Shown: positions 56,000 through 64,000 of the stretch, one piece after another
Layout: each line of letters begins with the position of its first letter
Position numbering within the stretch: the first letter of the stretch is position 1
Source of the DNA: a virus
Direction: 5' to 3' (one strand)
Virus record (IMG/VR): IMGVR_UViG_3300042691_029205
Span: 14,911 to 78,910 of that record
DNA length: 64,000 bases
Position numbers and translations under genes: made by a program
The notes under the pieces: model-generated
Database searches by the model: none
What the model was told of the DNA's origin: nothing
Seen by the model: the letters and a program-made list of their open reading frames with translations, nothing else

Positions 56000-56907
56000 T
56001 GAATATTTTTATTCCTAGAGACGCTGGTTTCTTTTCGGTTTTTAATTTTTTAATCGGTACTATTCATAATGGTCTTAAAGTATATCCATATTATAACAGA
56101 GAATTATTTTTAAAAGTAAACGGAACCAATGAACACTTTGCTTATTGGTCTAAATCAGATAATGCTTGGTTTGACTATTTTGAACCTATTAAGTATAATG
56201 AAACAGATTCTAATCATATAAATCTAGATAAAAATTTACCTATATCTCAAGGATACGAAGCTGGCAGCGAATTTAGAGTTCCAAAAGATAGTTATAGATT
56301 AATGAAAGATAAGAATAGATTGAAAATATGGAGACAATCTGTAAATCAAACATATTCTAAATATATTCGATTGACTGACTCTATAGAGACAGCTAGTTAT
56401 AAATCATTAACGCCTAATACTAATTATATTGGGGTACATTATCGCCATCCTAGTCATTTTACTGAATCTGGGAGAGTGTATTTACAACAATATTTTGACC
56501 AAGTAGATCAAATCGATACGGAAACAGGTACAAAAAGACCAATTTTCCTAGCCTCAGACAATAAATTTGGAATAGCCGCCTTTAAAGATCGTTATGGTAG
56601 TCGTATTAATTACCTAACTTATGTAGAGCGTGTTGATTTTGACGGGTTTTTAGAGTGGGCGTTTGCTCTAGGTCAAAATAAAGCAGATCATGTTGGTTTT
56701 ATTGCTGGCAAGGGATATGAATTGCATCATAAGCAGTCGCAAAATTTAGATTTCGATAAAATGAAAAAAGCAACAGAAGACCTTCTTATAGAAGTTAGAA
56801 CTCTTTCACGCTGCCAATATTTAATACACACTCTGTCAAATATCAGCACGGCTATCAGTTATATGAATCCAAGTATTGAAATGAGAACTATTGAAGGGAT
56901 ATTATAA
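55999..56907 (+). CDS. NodZ/GT23-like fucosyltransferase-fold protein
   Basis: AGFFSVFN, GVHYR, IFLASD, LSRCQYLIHTLSNIS. Confidence 0.75.
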   Translation: MNIFIPRDAGFFSVFNFLIGTIHNGLKVYPYYNRELFLKVNGTNEHFAYWSKSDNAWFDYFEPIKYNETDSNHINLDKNLPISQGYEAGSEFRVPKDSYRLMKDKNRLKIWRQSVNQTYSKYIRLTDSIETASYKSLTPNTNYIGVHYRHPSHFTESGRVYLQQYFDQVDQIDTETGTKRPIFLASDNKFGIAAFKDRYGSRINYLTYVERVDFDGFLEWAFALGQNKADHVGFIAGKGYELHHKQSQNLDFDKMKKATEDLLIEVRTLSRCQYLIHTLSNISTAISYMNPSIEMRTIEGIL

Positions 56908-57326
56908 TGCCAACTTATATTTTTAAGTGTAACGACTGTCGAACAAAATACGAAATATATTCCAGTATTGCTAAATACGATACATGTAACAAAGACTGTC
57001 CTAAATGCGATTCTTCTGATGTACACAGAGTATACGAAGATGAAAATGTCTGTGGATCAGTTAGAAAAGGAGATAGCGAAATTACAGTCGGACAACTTGC
57101 AGACCGCAATAGGGAGAGAATGAGTGAAGACCAAAAGGAAGATTTATATCAAAAAAATAATGCATATAAAGACAAAGAATTAATTCGAGAGTCCTATAAA
57201 GATGAATATAGATATCGCAATCCACGTAAATTAAAACAAAAGAATAAATCAGATAAAGTAAAAGTATTATCCGACAAACAATTACAATCTAAGCTGAAAG
57301 GTAAAAATGCCCAAAAAAACAAGTAA
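56907..57326 (+). CDS. FmdB-family zinc-ribbon protein
   Basis: MPTYIFKCNDC...CPKC. Confidence 0.85.
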   Translation: MPTYIFKCNDCRTKYEIYSSIAKYDTCNKDCPKCDSSDVHRVYEDENVCGSVRKGDSEITVGQLADRNRERMSEDQKEDLYQKNNAYKDKELIRESYKDEYRYRNPRKLKQKNKSDKVKVLSDKQLQSKLKGKNAQKNK

Positions 57327-57741
57327 AAAAACAGCAGCCAAGACCAACCGTATCTCTATGGAAGAGATGTTTAGTGGACTTTATGTGCCAAATCCAGGTA
57401 AGGTAAGTAGAAAAAAAACACCTGAAAAACGCACAACTGTCCTCTATGGTATGGTTGGATCATCTAGTAGCAGAGATAATAAAAATAATACTATTGTTAC
57501 CAATGCAGAAGATGCCTTGGCTAAAGAGATACAAGGCGTTAGTCCGGCTTATTTTTTACTAGCCGACCGCACAAAATTTAAAAACCCACTTGACGAAAAT
57601 CATAAAACCGATAGAATAAAAGGGATAACTCGCTGGAAATGGGTAGAGGTTAGCGAGAAAACCTTTAAGTTTTATTTAAAATTTCTACAAACCCAAGCTA
57701 CCCGATATATAACTTCTGCGGAAAAGGAACAATATGGCTAA
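57307..57741 (+). CDS. hypothetical protein
   Basis: ORF; F.FYLKFL.T. Confidence 0.65.
   Translation: MPKKTSKKTAAKTNRISMEEMFSGLYVPNPGKVSRKKTPEKRTTVLYGMVGSSSSRDNKNNTIVTNAEDALAKEIQGVSPAYFLLADRTKFKNPLDENHKTDRIKGITRWKWVEVSEKTFKFYLKFLQTQATRYITSAEKEQYG
57590..57617 (+). promoter_or_regulatory. sigma70-type promoter (intragenic)
   Basis: TTGACG-16-TAGAAT. Confidence 0.5.
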
Positions 57742-57928
57742 ACGAATCGATAAAAGCGGTATGGGTAAAAGAAGCGGTGCAACTGTCAATAATGCAACAG
57801 CTTCGCAAATCGGCGACGAATCTCGTAAGCGTAGATCACCTAGAAAATTAAACGATTGTATTCATAGGATTGATGGAGATGACCAAGAAACAGAGAAAAA
57901 GTCAGCCGGAACAAAGCGAAAAACTTAG
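57734..57928 (+). CDS. small basic hypothetical protein
   Basis: AAGGA RBS. Confidence 0.6.
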   Translation: MAKRIDKSGMGKRSGATVNNATASQIGDESRKRRSPRKLNDCIHRIDGDDQETEKKSAGTKRKT

Positions 57929-58346
57929 ATATAAATCTAGATATACTCCTGAGCCACTATTTATTCATGCGGCTCAATATCTTTGTGAGTATATTTGCGA
58001 ACTAAAAGCACGTAAAGAAAAGAAAGATTTGCCGTTTTATTTTTGGGAACTAAAAGAGTGGAAAGAATATTTTCGCTCTCAAATCCATACCGCTAATCAG
58101 TTGCTTAAAAAATACAAGATGGCGGCTATATTAGAAGTCCTTAAAGATAAAAAGAATTATAATACTTATTCTTTGCGTGCTCCTTGGTTACAGACTCAGT
58201 TTATAGAGGCTAATAATCGACTTCTCTTGAAAGAGAAAGAACTTGAGCGTGTTAAAAAAGAACAAGAGGCTCAAGAATGTCAGATAAAGGTTAATACAAA
58301 TACTAGGCCGGAACTAAAAACAGGTCCATTTAAGGGGTTAGACTAG
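57870..58346 (+). CDS. conserved hypothetical protein upstream of RecA-like gene
   Basis: YKSRY, AAQYLCE, YSLRAPWL. Confidence 0.65.
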   Translation: MMEMTKKQRKSQPEQSEKLRYKSRYTPEPLFIHAAQYLCEYICELKARKEKKDLPFYFWELKEWKEYFRSQIHTANQLLKKYKMAAILEVLKDKKNYNTYSLRAPWLQTQFIEANNRLLLKEKELERVKKEQEAQECQIKVNTNTRPELKTGPFKGLD

Positions 58347-59428
58347 TGGCTAAAAAGAAAACAACGGTAGAAATCGAAGAAGAAGAGTTAGTAAAAGAAG
58401 AAGATCAACAATCAAAATTATATACCGATTATGCAGACACTATATTCTCCGCTAAGTATTTACTAGATAAGCCAAAGAAAGTCATTAGTGTAAGTCCAGC
58501 CTTTGATGTATATACTGGTGGAGTACCAGAAGGTAGCTTTATAGCTCTTACAGGTAAGGAAAAATGTGGCAAGTCGGTTTTAAGTTTATCTATAGCTGCC
58601 AGAGCACAAAGGCCAGAATATATTAATGAAGAATTATGTCCACAGGGTCGCAAGATTATATTCTTTAACGTAGAGCACCGTTTAAAGAAACGTGATCTTG
58701 AAGGTATTCATGGTATAGACTTATCAGACAACCGCTTTTTAATGGTGCAATCTTCCCCTGGTAAGATTCTTAGTTCTGAAAAGTTCTGTGACCGCATATT
58801 AAGATTTATTAATGAAGAACCTGGATGTATAGTAATTATTGATTCATTTTCTATGCTCTCTTCTTCTGCTGAACAGGCAGCAGATATAGGATATCAAGAC
58901 AGAGGACGATCTAATGGAATTATCTCAGAGTTAATGAGAAAAATCGCCGGACCATTAGCAGTAAATCAATGTATCGTGATTGGTATCACACATGGTTACG
59001 CGAATACAAGTGGCTGGGGTGCAGCCTTCGTAGAAAAATCAGCCTCATCTTTGAAATATTCCGAAGATATCAAATTTTTTGCTAAGAAAGTTGAACCCTG
59101 GAGAATAGGTTCTGACGAGAGACAACCTCAAATAGGTCAAAAGGTTGAATGGGATGTATTATTCTCTGCTATATTACCCCCAGGCGGCAAGGTAAAAAGC
59201 CATATACGTTATGGTTATGGACTAGATGAATATTCAGAATTAGCTGAATTAGCCTGTGACTTAGCTATATTTGAAAAAACGGAAAAGGGCGGTGTTTATA
59301 CCCTAAAAGATGTTGACAAGAAAATCAGAGGCACAGAAAATGTAATCGAATATTTAAAGGCTAACCCGTCTTATTATGAATTAATCAAAAATGAAGTTTA
59401 CGAAATGTCAGGAGTAGAATGCAGATGA
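58346..59428 (+). CDS. RecA/UvsX-like recombinase
   Basis: GGVPEG, GKEKCGKS, NVEHR, IIDS, IRYGYGLD. Confidence 0.85.
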   Translation: MAKKKTTVEIEEEELVKEEDQQSKLYTDYADTIFSAKYLLDKPKKVISVSPAFDVYTGGVPEGSFIALTGKEKCGKSVLSLSIAARAQRPEYINEELCPQGRKIIFFNVEHRLKKRDLEGIHGIDLSDNRFLMVQSSPGKILSSEKFCDRILRFINEEPGCIVIIDSFSMLSSSAEQAADIGYQDRGRSNGIISELMRKIAGPLAVNQCIVIGITHGYANTSGWGAAFVEKSASSLKYSEDIKFFAKKVEPWRIGSDERQPQIGQKVEWDVLFSAILPPGGKVKSHIRYGYGLDEYSELAELACDLAIFEKTEKGGVYTLKDVDKKIRGTENVIEYLKANPSYYELIKNEVYEMSGVECR

Positions 59429-59811
59429 AATTTATAGACTATATCAAAGCTGTAACAAAACAAGCTATCGAGAATAACATCGTTGTATATGACGATTATG
59501 CAGATAGTAATGTATATACAGAAATACTAGACAATCAACTAAAGAAATATTACGCAAAAGAATGTGTAGGATATCCAAAATTCTTAGTGATACCACAACA
59601 TGTTTCTTTGGAAACAAGAAGGACCGGCCTATTACTAACAAAGCTAACCGAATTTAAACCATCATTACCTGTAATTAGACTTGGTTATGATGAATATAGA
59701 CACTGGCTTGATTATATGAAGACTATTCAAATTGATCTAGCTATGCCGACAGATAAAGAAACTTTAGTATTGTTGGTTGGTTCAACTTCTGCAATATTTG
59801 GAGCGGTTTAG
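59419..59811 (+). CDS. hypothetical protein
   Basis: AGGAG RBS. Confidence 0.6.
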   Translation: MQMKFIDYIKAVTKQAIENNIVVYDDYADSNVYTEILDNQLKKYYAKECVGYPKFLVIPQHVSLETRRTGLLLTKLTEFKPSLPVIRLGYDEYRHWLDYMKTIQIDLAMPTDKETLVLLVGSTSAIFGAV

Positions 59812-59812
59812 G

Positions 59813-60232
59813 GTGAAAGTTTTTACATTAGATAATTCGATAGTCGATTGGCGACCACACTTACAAAAACAAAATGAAGAACGCGACGTAAGCGATAACC
59901 ACTTACGCTGCCGAGACTTACTGAAAGAACTTTTTCCCACTTCTATAATTTTAGAAGAAATAAACATTCCTTTGTTAAAAAAAGAGTGGGCATTCCTTGA
60001 CTTTTACATTCCACAGAGTAAAATAGCGATAGAGGTTCACGGCTCTCAACACTACGAATTTTCTCTGCAATTCCATAAAGATATTCGCGACTTGAACAAG
60101 CAAAAAGCTAAAGATCGTCGCAAAAAAACTTGGTGTGAACTAAATCAAATTAACCTTATTGAACTTCCTTATAATGAAACAGTTGAACAATGGAAGAAAT
60201 TAATACCGCACAAGGTCGTCTTAAAGAGATAG
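59813..60232 (+). CDS. PD-(D/E)XK endonuclease (DUF559/Vsr-like)
   Basis: EE, LDFYIP, AIEVHGSQHY, DRRKK.WC..N.I.LIE. Confidence 0.8.
   Translation: MKVFTLDNSIVDWRPHLQKQNEERDVSDNHLRCRDLLKELFPTSIILEEINIPLLKKEWAFLDFYIPQSKIAIEVHGSQHYEFSLQFHKDIRDLNKQKAKDRRKKTWCELNQINLIELPYNETVEQWKKLIPHKVVLKR
59997..60024 (+). promoter_or_regulatory. sigma70-type promoter (intragenic)
   Basis: TTGACT-16-TAAAAT. Confidence 0.5.
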
Positions 60233-60684
60233 ATCGAGTCTTAGATGAATATGAAAGTAAGACCGGACTTACTGGCTTCCAACAAGAATACGGCCAGTCA
60301 GAAGATTTTAAGAAATATCTTAATTTATCACGCGATGTATTAGAGAAAATGCACCCTGATGAGTGTGCGATTGCGGCGGTTATATTAAGTTCTGCTGCAC
60401 ATCATATTCAACGTGCTATTAACAGAGAAAACTCTAGGGTTAGCTGGGCTAAGACTCAATTAAAAAAAGTAGTCACTCCTAGATTGCATAACTATAGAGG
60501 CGGCTCATTTGATCAAATATTTAATATGGCCGCGTTAGACGATGAATATTCTAAGAAGATTATGGATATAATGGATTATGCTCAATTAAGAGTGGATCGA
60601 TTATATTTTATTGCTCAATCTATTCGGGCTGTTGCTGACGATATGAAAAATCTAGAAAAAGGAAAGAGAGCTAGACATGGCTAA
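60190..60684 (+). CDS. helical hypothetical protein (possible recombination mediator)
   Basis: all-alpha pattern, lies between recombinase and helicase. Confidence 0.55.
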   Translation: MEEINTAQGRLKEIDRVLDEYESKTGLTGFQQEYGQSEDFKKYLNLSRDVLEKMHPDECAIAAVILSSAAHHIQRAINRENSRVSWAKTQLKKVVTPRLHNYRGGSFDQIFNMAALDDEYSKKIMDIMDYAQLRVDRLYFIAQSIRAVADDMKNLEKGKRARHG

Positions 60685-61126
60685 GAAAACTACTAAAGAA
60701 CCAAGTATGTCGGATGTGTTGGCTGCTATTAATGGACTTACTAATGTTGTTGGTCAATTAGTACAGCAGAAACAAAATACATCTAATCCTACAGATGGCG
60801 ATTTTGAAGATGAAACTGGCGTGATTGTTCCAGTTAAACCACAACGAGGACGATCTAAAAAGAACCAATCTACCACTTCTAAGGCTGGTCCTATGAAGAT
60901 TAGTCCTACGTTAGGTAAACCACGGATTAACAAGTTTGAAGAAATGGCTGAAAAAAATGAGTTTACCCATGAAATAGATAAAAGAAAATGGAAGCCAAAA
61001 GAACGTGGTCCAATGCGTAGTATAAAGTATAACTGCGTTAAATGTGGAAAAGAAGAGTATATCACAAGGTCTATGATCGGGCCAAATGGTGAGTATAAAT
61101 GTAGTTCGTGTGTTGGCAGGAAATAG
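60677..61126 (+). CDS. C-terminal Zn-finger protein
   Basis: CVKCG...CSSC. Confidence 0.7.
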   Translation: MAKKTTKEPSMSDVLAAINGLTNVVGQLVQQKQNTSNPTDGDFEDETGVIVPVKPQRGRSKKNQSTTSKAGPMKISPTLGKPRINKFEEMAEKNEFTHEIDKRKWKPKERGPMRSIKYNCVKCGKEEYITRSMIGPNGEYKCSSCVGRK

Positions 61127-61185
61127 CTCAGTCGCCGCTGGGCTTAAAATTCTTAATTACACCTGCATTCTAAATAGGAAAACTA

Positions 61186-62646
61186 ATGTCTCAAGCAAAT
61201 GTAGCAGCCGAACGAGTAGTATTAGCAGGAATATTTCATTATGGAGCCGAGGCTTATTTCGATGTTTGTGATATGGTTAGCGAGAATACATTTACAATAG
61301 ATTCAAATCAAATTATCTATAAGTGTATACATCATATTTATGAATCAGATCAGCAGGCTAAATTAGACATTCCTACTGTATATGCAGCCGCCAATACACT
61401 GGGACTAGACTTCTTTTTTAATAAGCCCACCGAAGTTAAATATTTACAAGGAATTGCTACTTATCCGGTTCAACTATCGAATTGCCGCAAACAAGCTCAA
61501 ATTATACGTAAATTAGAGATAGCTCGCCTGTTAGGTAAACAACTCCTTAATGCTAACGACTCTTTAAAAGAGTTAACCGGCGAAGAAACCCTTTCTCATA
61601 TTCTAGGTATTCCTGAGTCTGCGGTTTTTGACTTTGGTAAGCTATTAAATCATGATGATTCTTATAGTCATTTAGGGGCTGGATTAGAAGAAACAGTTAT
61701 CCATGCGATGGATAATCCAGTCGATCAAGTAGGTATTCCTTCTGGTTTTCATCGTTATGATAATTCACTTGGTGGTGGATTTGAGCCTGGGTTACATGTG
61801 GTTGCAGCGAGGCCAAAAGCAGGAAAGAGTACCCATGCACGCTCTATAGGGTGGAATATTTCACATAAAGATATTCCCGTCCTGTATTTAGATACAGAAA
61901 TGATTAAATATGACCAGCAAGCTCGTATTATTGCTATGATGACAGGATATGCATATAAAGATATTAAGACTGGTAAAGTTGGCCTAGACGTACAACAACG
62001 AAATAATGTCATTACAGCCGCTAAAACTATTAAAGGAAAGCCGTTCTTCTATAAGAATATTGGTTCTATGCCAGCATTTGAAGAACAGGTGGCTATGATT
62101 CGTCGCTGGTTACAAAAAGAAGTTGGGCTAAAACCAGATGGAACAGCTAAACCGGCCTTTATTATATATGACTATCTTAAATTATTGGATAGTTCGCAGC
62201 TAAAAACAGCCGCCGAATTTCAGGCTATCGGCTTTATGGCTACAACTCTAACTAACATAGCTACACGTTATAACATACCTATTCTTGCCTATGTGCAGCT
62301 TAATAAAGACGGTATAGATAAAGAGGGATCGGGCGTAGTCGCTCAATCTGATCGTATCGAGTGGTTCTGTTCTTCATTATTTATCTTTAAAAAGAAATCA
62401 GTTGAAGAGATTGCCCAAGATGGGACAAATAATGGTAATCGTAAATTATTAAAAGTAGTTAGCCGCTTTTCAGGGGACGAAGAAAACGGCGACTATATCA
62501 ACTATCAGTTAGATGGATATAATTCTAGAATCACTGAGAAATCACTACATTCCGATATTATCAAAGATCAAAACGAATCACATGTAACCGATTCGGGCTT
62601 TAAAAACGAAGACCTAGATAATAATAATGAAATACCTTTTGAATAA
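61186..62646 (+). CDS. dnaB: DnaB-like replicative helicase
   Basis: AAERVVL, ARPKAGKS, LDTEM, YDYLKL, VQLN, QSDRI, SRF. Confidence 0.9.
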   Translation: MSQANVAAERVVLAGIFHYGAEAYFDVCDMVSENTFTIDSNQIIYKCIHHIYESDQQAKLDIPTVYAAANTLGLDFFFNKPTEVKYLQGIATYPVQLSNCRKQAQIIRKLEIARLLGKQLLNANDSLKELTGEETLSHILGIPESAVFDFGKLLNHDDSYSHLGAGLEETVIHAMDNPVDQVGIPSGFHRYDNSLGGGFEPGLHVVAARPKAGKSTHARSIGWNISHKDIPVLYLDTEMIKYDQQARIIAMMTGYAYKDIKTGKVGLDVQQRNNVITAAKTIKGKPFFYKNIGSMPAFEEQVAMIRRWLQKEVGLKPDGTAKPAFIIYDYLKLLDSSQLKTAAEFQAIGFMATTLTNIATRYNIPILAYVQLNKDGIDKEGSGVVAQSDRIEWFCSSLFIFKKKSVEEIAQDGTNNGNRKLLKVVSRFSGDEENGDYINYQLDGYNSRITEKSLHSDIIKDQNESHVTDSGFKNEDLDNNNEIPFE

Positions 62647-63757
62647 CGAGGAATTGAATTTATTAAATCTACAACTAGCCGACAAAATGCAGGAAATTTT
62701 TGATAGCTATGGTATAAAATACACCACAAATAATAGAATGATGCGGGCTTGTTGTCCAATACATGACGGAGACAATAAAGCCGCCTTTAATATGTATATT
62801 ACCGGCCACACTTTGGTTGGTAATTGGTATTGTAGAACACATAGCTGTCAAATAGATTACACTTCTACTCCTATTGGTTTACTTCGCGGACTAATGAGTA
62901 GATTTGATTTTAAAGGTAAAAAGGTTGATTTCAGAGCATCTGTCGAGCGAGCAATTAAGTTAACTGGTTTTAAGTCATCTGGTAAAAAGACACCCGATTT
63001 AGAACTAGAAAAGAATAGATTTGTAAATGCGGCTAGAATTCACTTATTAGATACAAGTATGACTGGTGGTGAAATAACTAGAGAGCACGTACAACGCGGC
63101 TTATTAATACCATCTCCTACTTTTATTAAAAAAGGATTTTCAGCCGACATTTTAACTAAATATGATATCGGTGATTGTTTGTCTACAGATATCACTAAAG
63201 AAATGTATCACAGGACAGTGGTTCCAATATATGATGAAACTCATAAGTTCATGCTTGGATGCACTGGCCGCAGTTATTATGGTAAATGCGAGTTATGTAA
63301 AAATCATCATAGTCCAGGTAGATGCCCACAAGAACAGTTTGCGTGGCAATATTCTAAGTGGAGACACTCAAAAACCCTAAAAACCGAAAAATGCCTCTTT
63401 AATTTTTGGTTTGCAAAAAGTATAATAAGTAAGACTGGAACGGCTATTTTAGTTGAAAGCCCTGGGAATGTCCTAAAACTTGAAGAGGTCGGTATCCATA
63501 TCGGATTAGCTACTTTTGGTACTCACTTAACCGATTTCCAGAAGGCTTTATTAAATTCTACCGGCTGTTTAAATGTGGTGATTATTGGCGATAATGATGA
63601 TGCTGGTAAAACATACAACGAAAATTTAGTCGCTTTGTGTAAAAGAGAATATAACTGTTATACCGTTAATATCAGCGGTACGGATATTGCGGATATGAAC
63701 ATAGAAGATATCAAAAAAGAGATATGCCCACTGTTACAAAAACTAAAAGCCATTTAG
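62627..63757 (+). CDS. DNA primase (Zn finger + TOPRIM)
   Basis: CPIHDGDN...WYCRTHSC; VPIYD; GR; LVESPGN; GDNDDAG; DIAD. Confidence 0.85.
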   Translation: MKYLLNNEELNLLNLQLADKMQEIFDSYGIKYTTNNRMMRACCPIHDGDNKAAFNMYITGHTLVGNWYCRTHSCQIDYTSTPIGLLRGLMSRFDFKGKKVDFRASVERAIKLTGFKSSGKKTPDLELEKNRFVNAARIHLLDTSMTGGEITREHVQRGLLIPSPTFIKKGFSADILTKYDIGDCLSTDITKEMYHRTVVPIYDETHKFMLGCTGRSYYGKCELCKNHHSPGRCPQEQFAWQYSKWRHSKTLKTEKCLFNFWFAKSIISKTGTAILVESPGNVLKLEEVGIHIGLATFGTHLTDFQKALLNSTGCLNVVIIGDNDDAGKTYNENLVALCKREYNCYTVNISGTDIADMNIEDIKKEICPLLQKLKAI

Positions 63758-63951
63758 ATATTCTTCAAATTTTAGTGTATCGTAAATATTTAGCCGCGAC
63801 TATCATATTAGATCATTGGAACGAAAACAATGAATTCCTGCGTATTAGTCAGCAATTTAAAATAGAGTCCGAGTTGGATAAATGGCTTCATAAATTTAAT
63901 AGAGAGTTAATTCAAGAACATAACTAACTATATCACTTTAAAGGGTCAATA

Positions 63952-64000
63952 ATGACAGCAATCATCGCGTTATCAGGTCGCCAACAATCAGGTAAAAGCA
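63952..64000 (+). CDS. start of P-loop kinase, probably dNMP kinase (truncated by window end)
   Basis: MTAIIALSGRQQSGKS translated by hand. Confidence 0.65.
   Translation, partial: MTAIIALSGRQQSGKS

Noticed and set aside
1536-62759. Minus-strand ORFs and alternate-frame + ORFs in the track (e.g. 21343, 39842, 47146, 4236, 12957, 63162)
   Set aside because: They shadow well-supported + strand genes or RNA genes, lack RBS and motifs, and break the uniform orientation
1-64000. CRISPR array, transposase, integrase, intron/intein or DGR
   Set aside because: No regularly spaced repeats, no RT or recombinase motifs; RNR, helicase, RecA-like and ThyA are of uninterrupted length
1-64000. Stop-codon reassignment
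   Set aside because: Known genes are full length in the standard code and end in TAA/TAG/TGA; no clear suppressor tRNA

Overview
This 64 kb window is AT-rich, densely coding and carries all credible genes on the + strand. It is best read as part of a large tailed dsDNA phage genome, possibly a jumbo phage. The SSB, the RimI-like GNAT and several exported proteins resemble planctomycete proteins, so a Planctomycetota host is inferred but not proven. In order, it contains: small early-type hypothetical genes; a J-domain/pseudokinase + vWA + divergent PurA-like module; a virion-protein cluster (8.6-14.5 kb); a lipoprotein/papain cassette; many accessory enzymes (two R2K ATP-grasps, GNAT, SpeD-like, NADAR, HADs, phosphoesterases, BCS1-like AAA+, MazG-like, PNK-like, SPFH, RNA ligase); three glycosylation clusters; two SSBs; a tRNA/ncRNA locus; nucleotide metabolism genes (dUTPase, ThyA, dCMP deaminase, class I RNR, PhoH); a sigma factor; ClpP; a TM-PAS protein; and the start of the replication module (RecA-like, helicase, primase, dNMP kinase). 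The strongest candidates for undescribed biology are: (1) the J-pseudokinase/vWA/PurA-like module, whose PurA has lost the aspartate-binding loop; (2) a promoter-driven, multi-pseudoknot ncRNA enclosing a tRNA-like domain with an 8-nt anticodon loop; (3) a membrane-anchored stand-alone PAS protein coupled to a permuted NlpC/P60 hydrolase; (4) a possible virion glycosylation system (NYS sequon array, GDP-mannose epimerase + NodZ-type transferase); (5) a Tat-signal peptide fused to a capsid-like segment. All assignments come from motif reading and recall; no searches were run.
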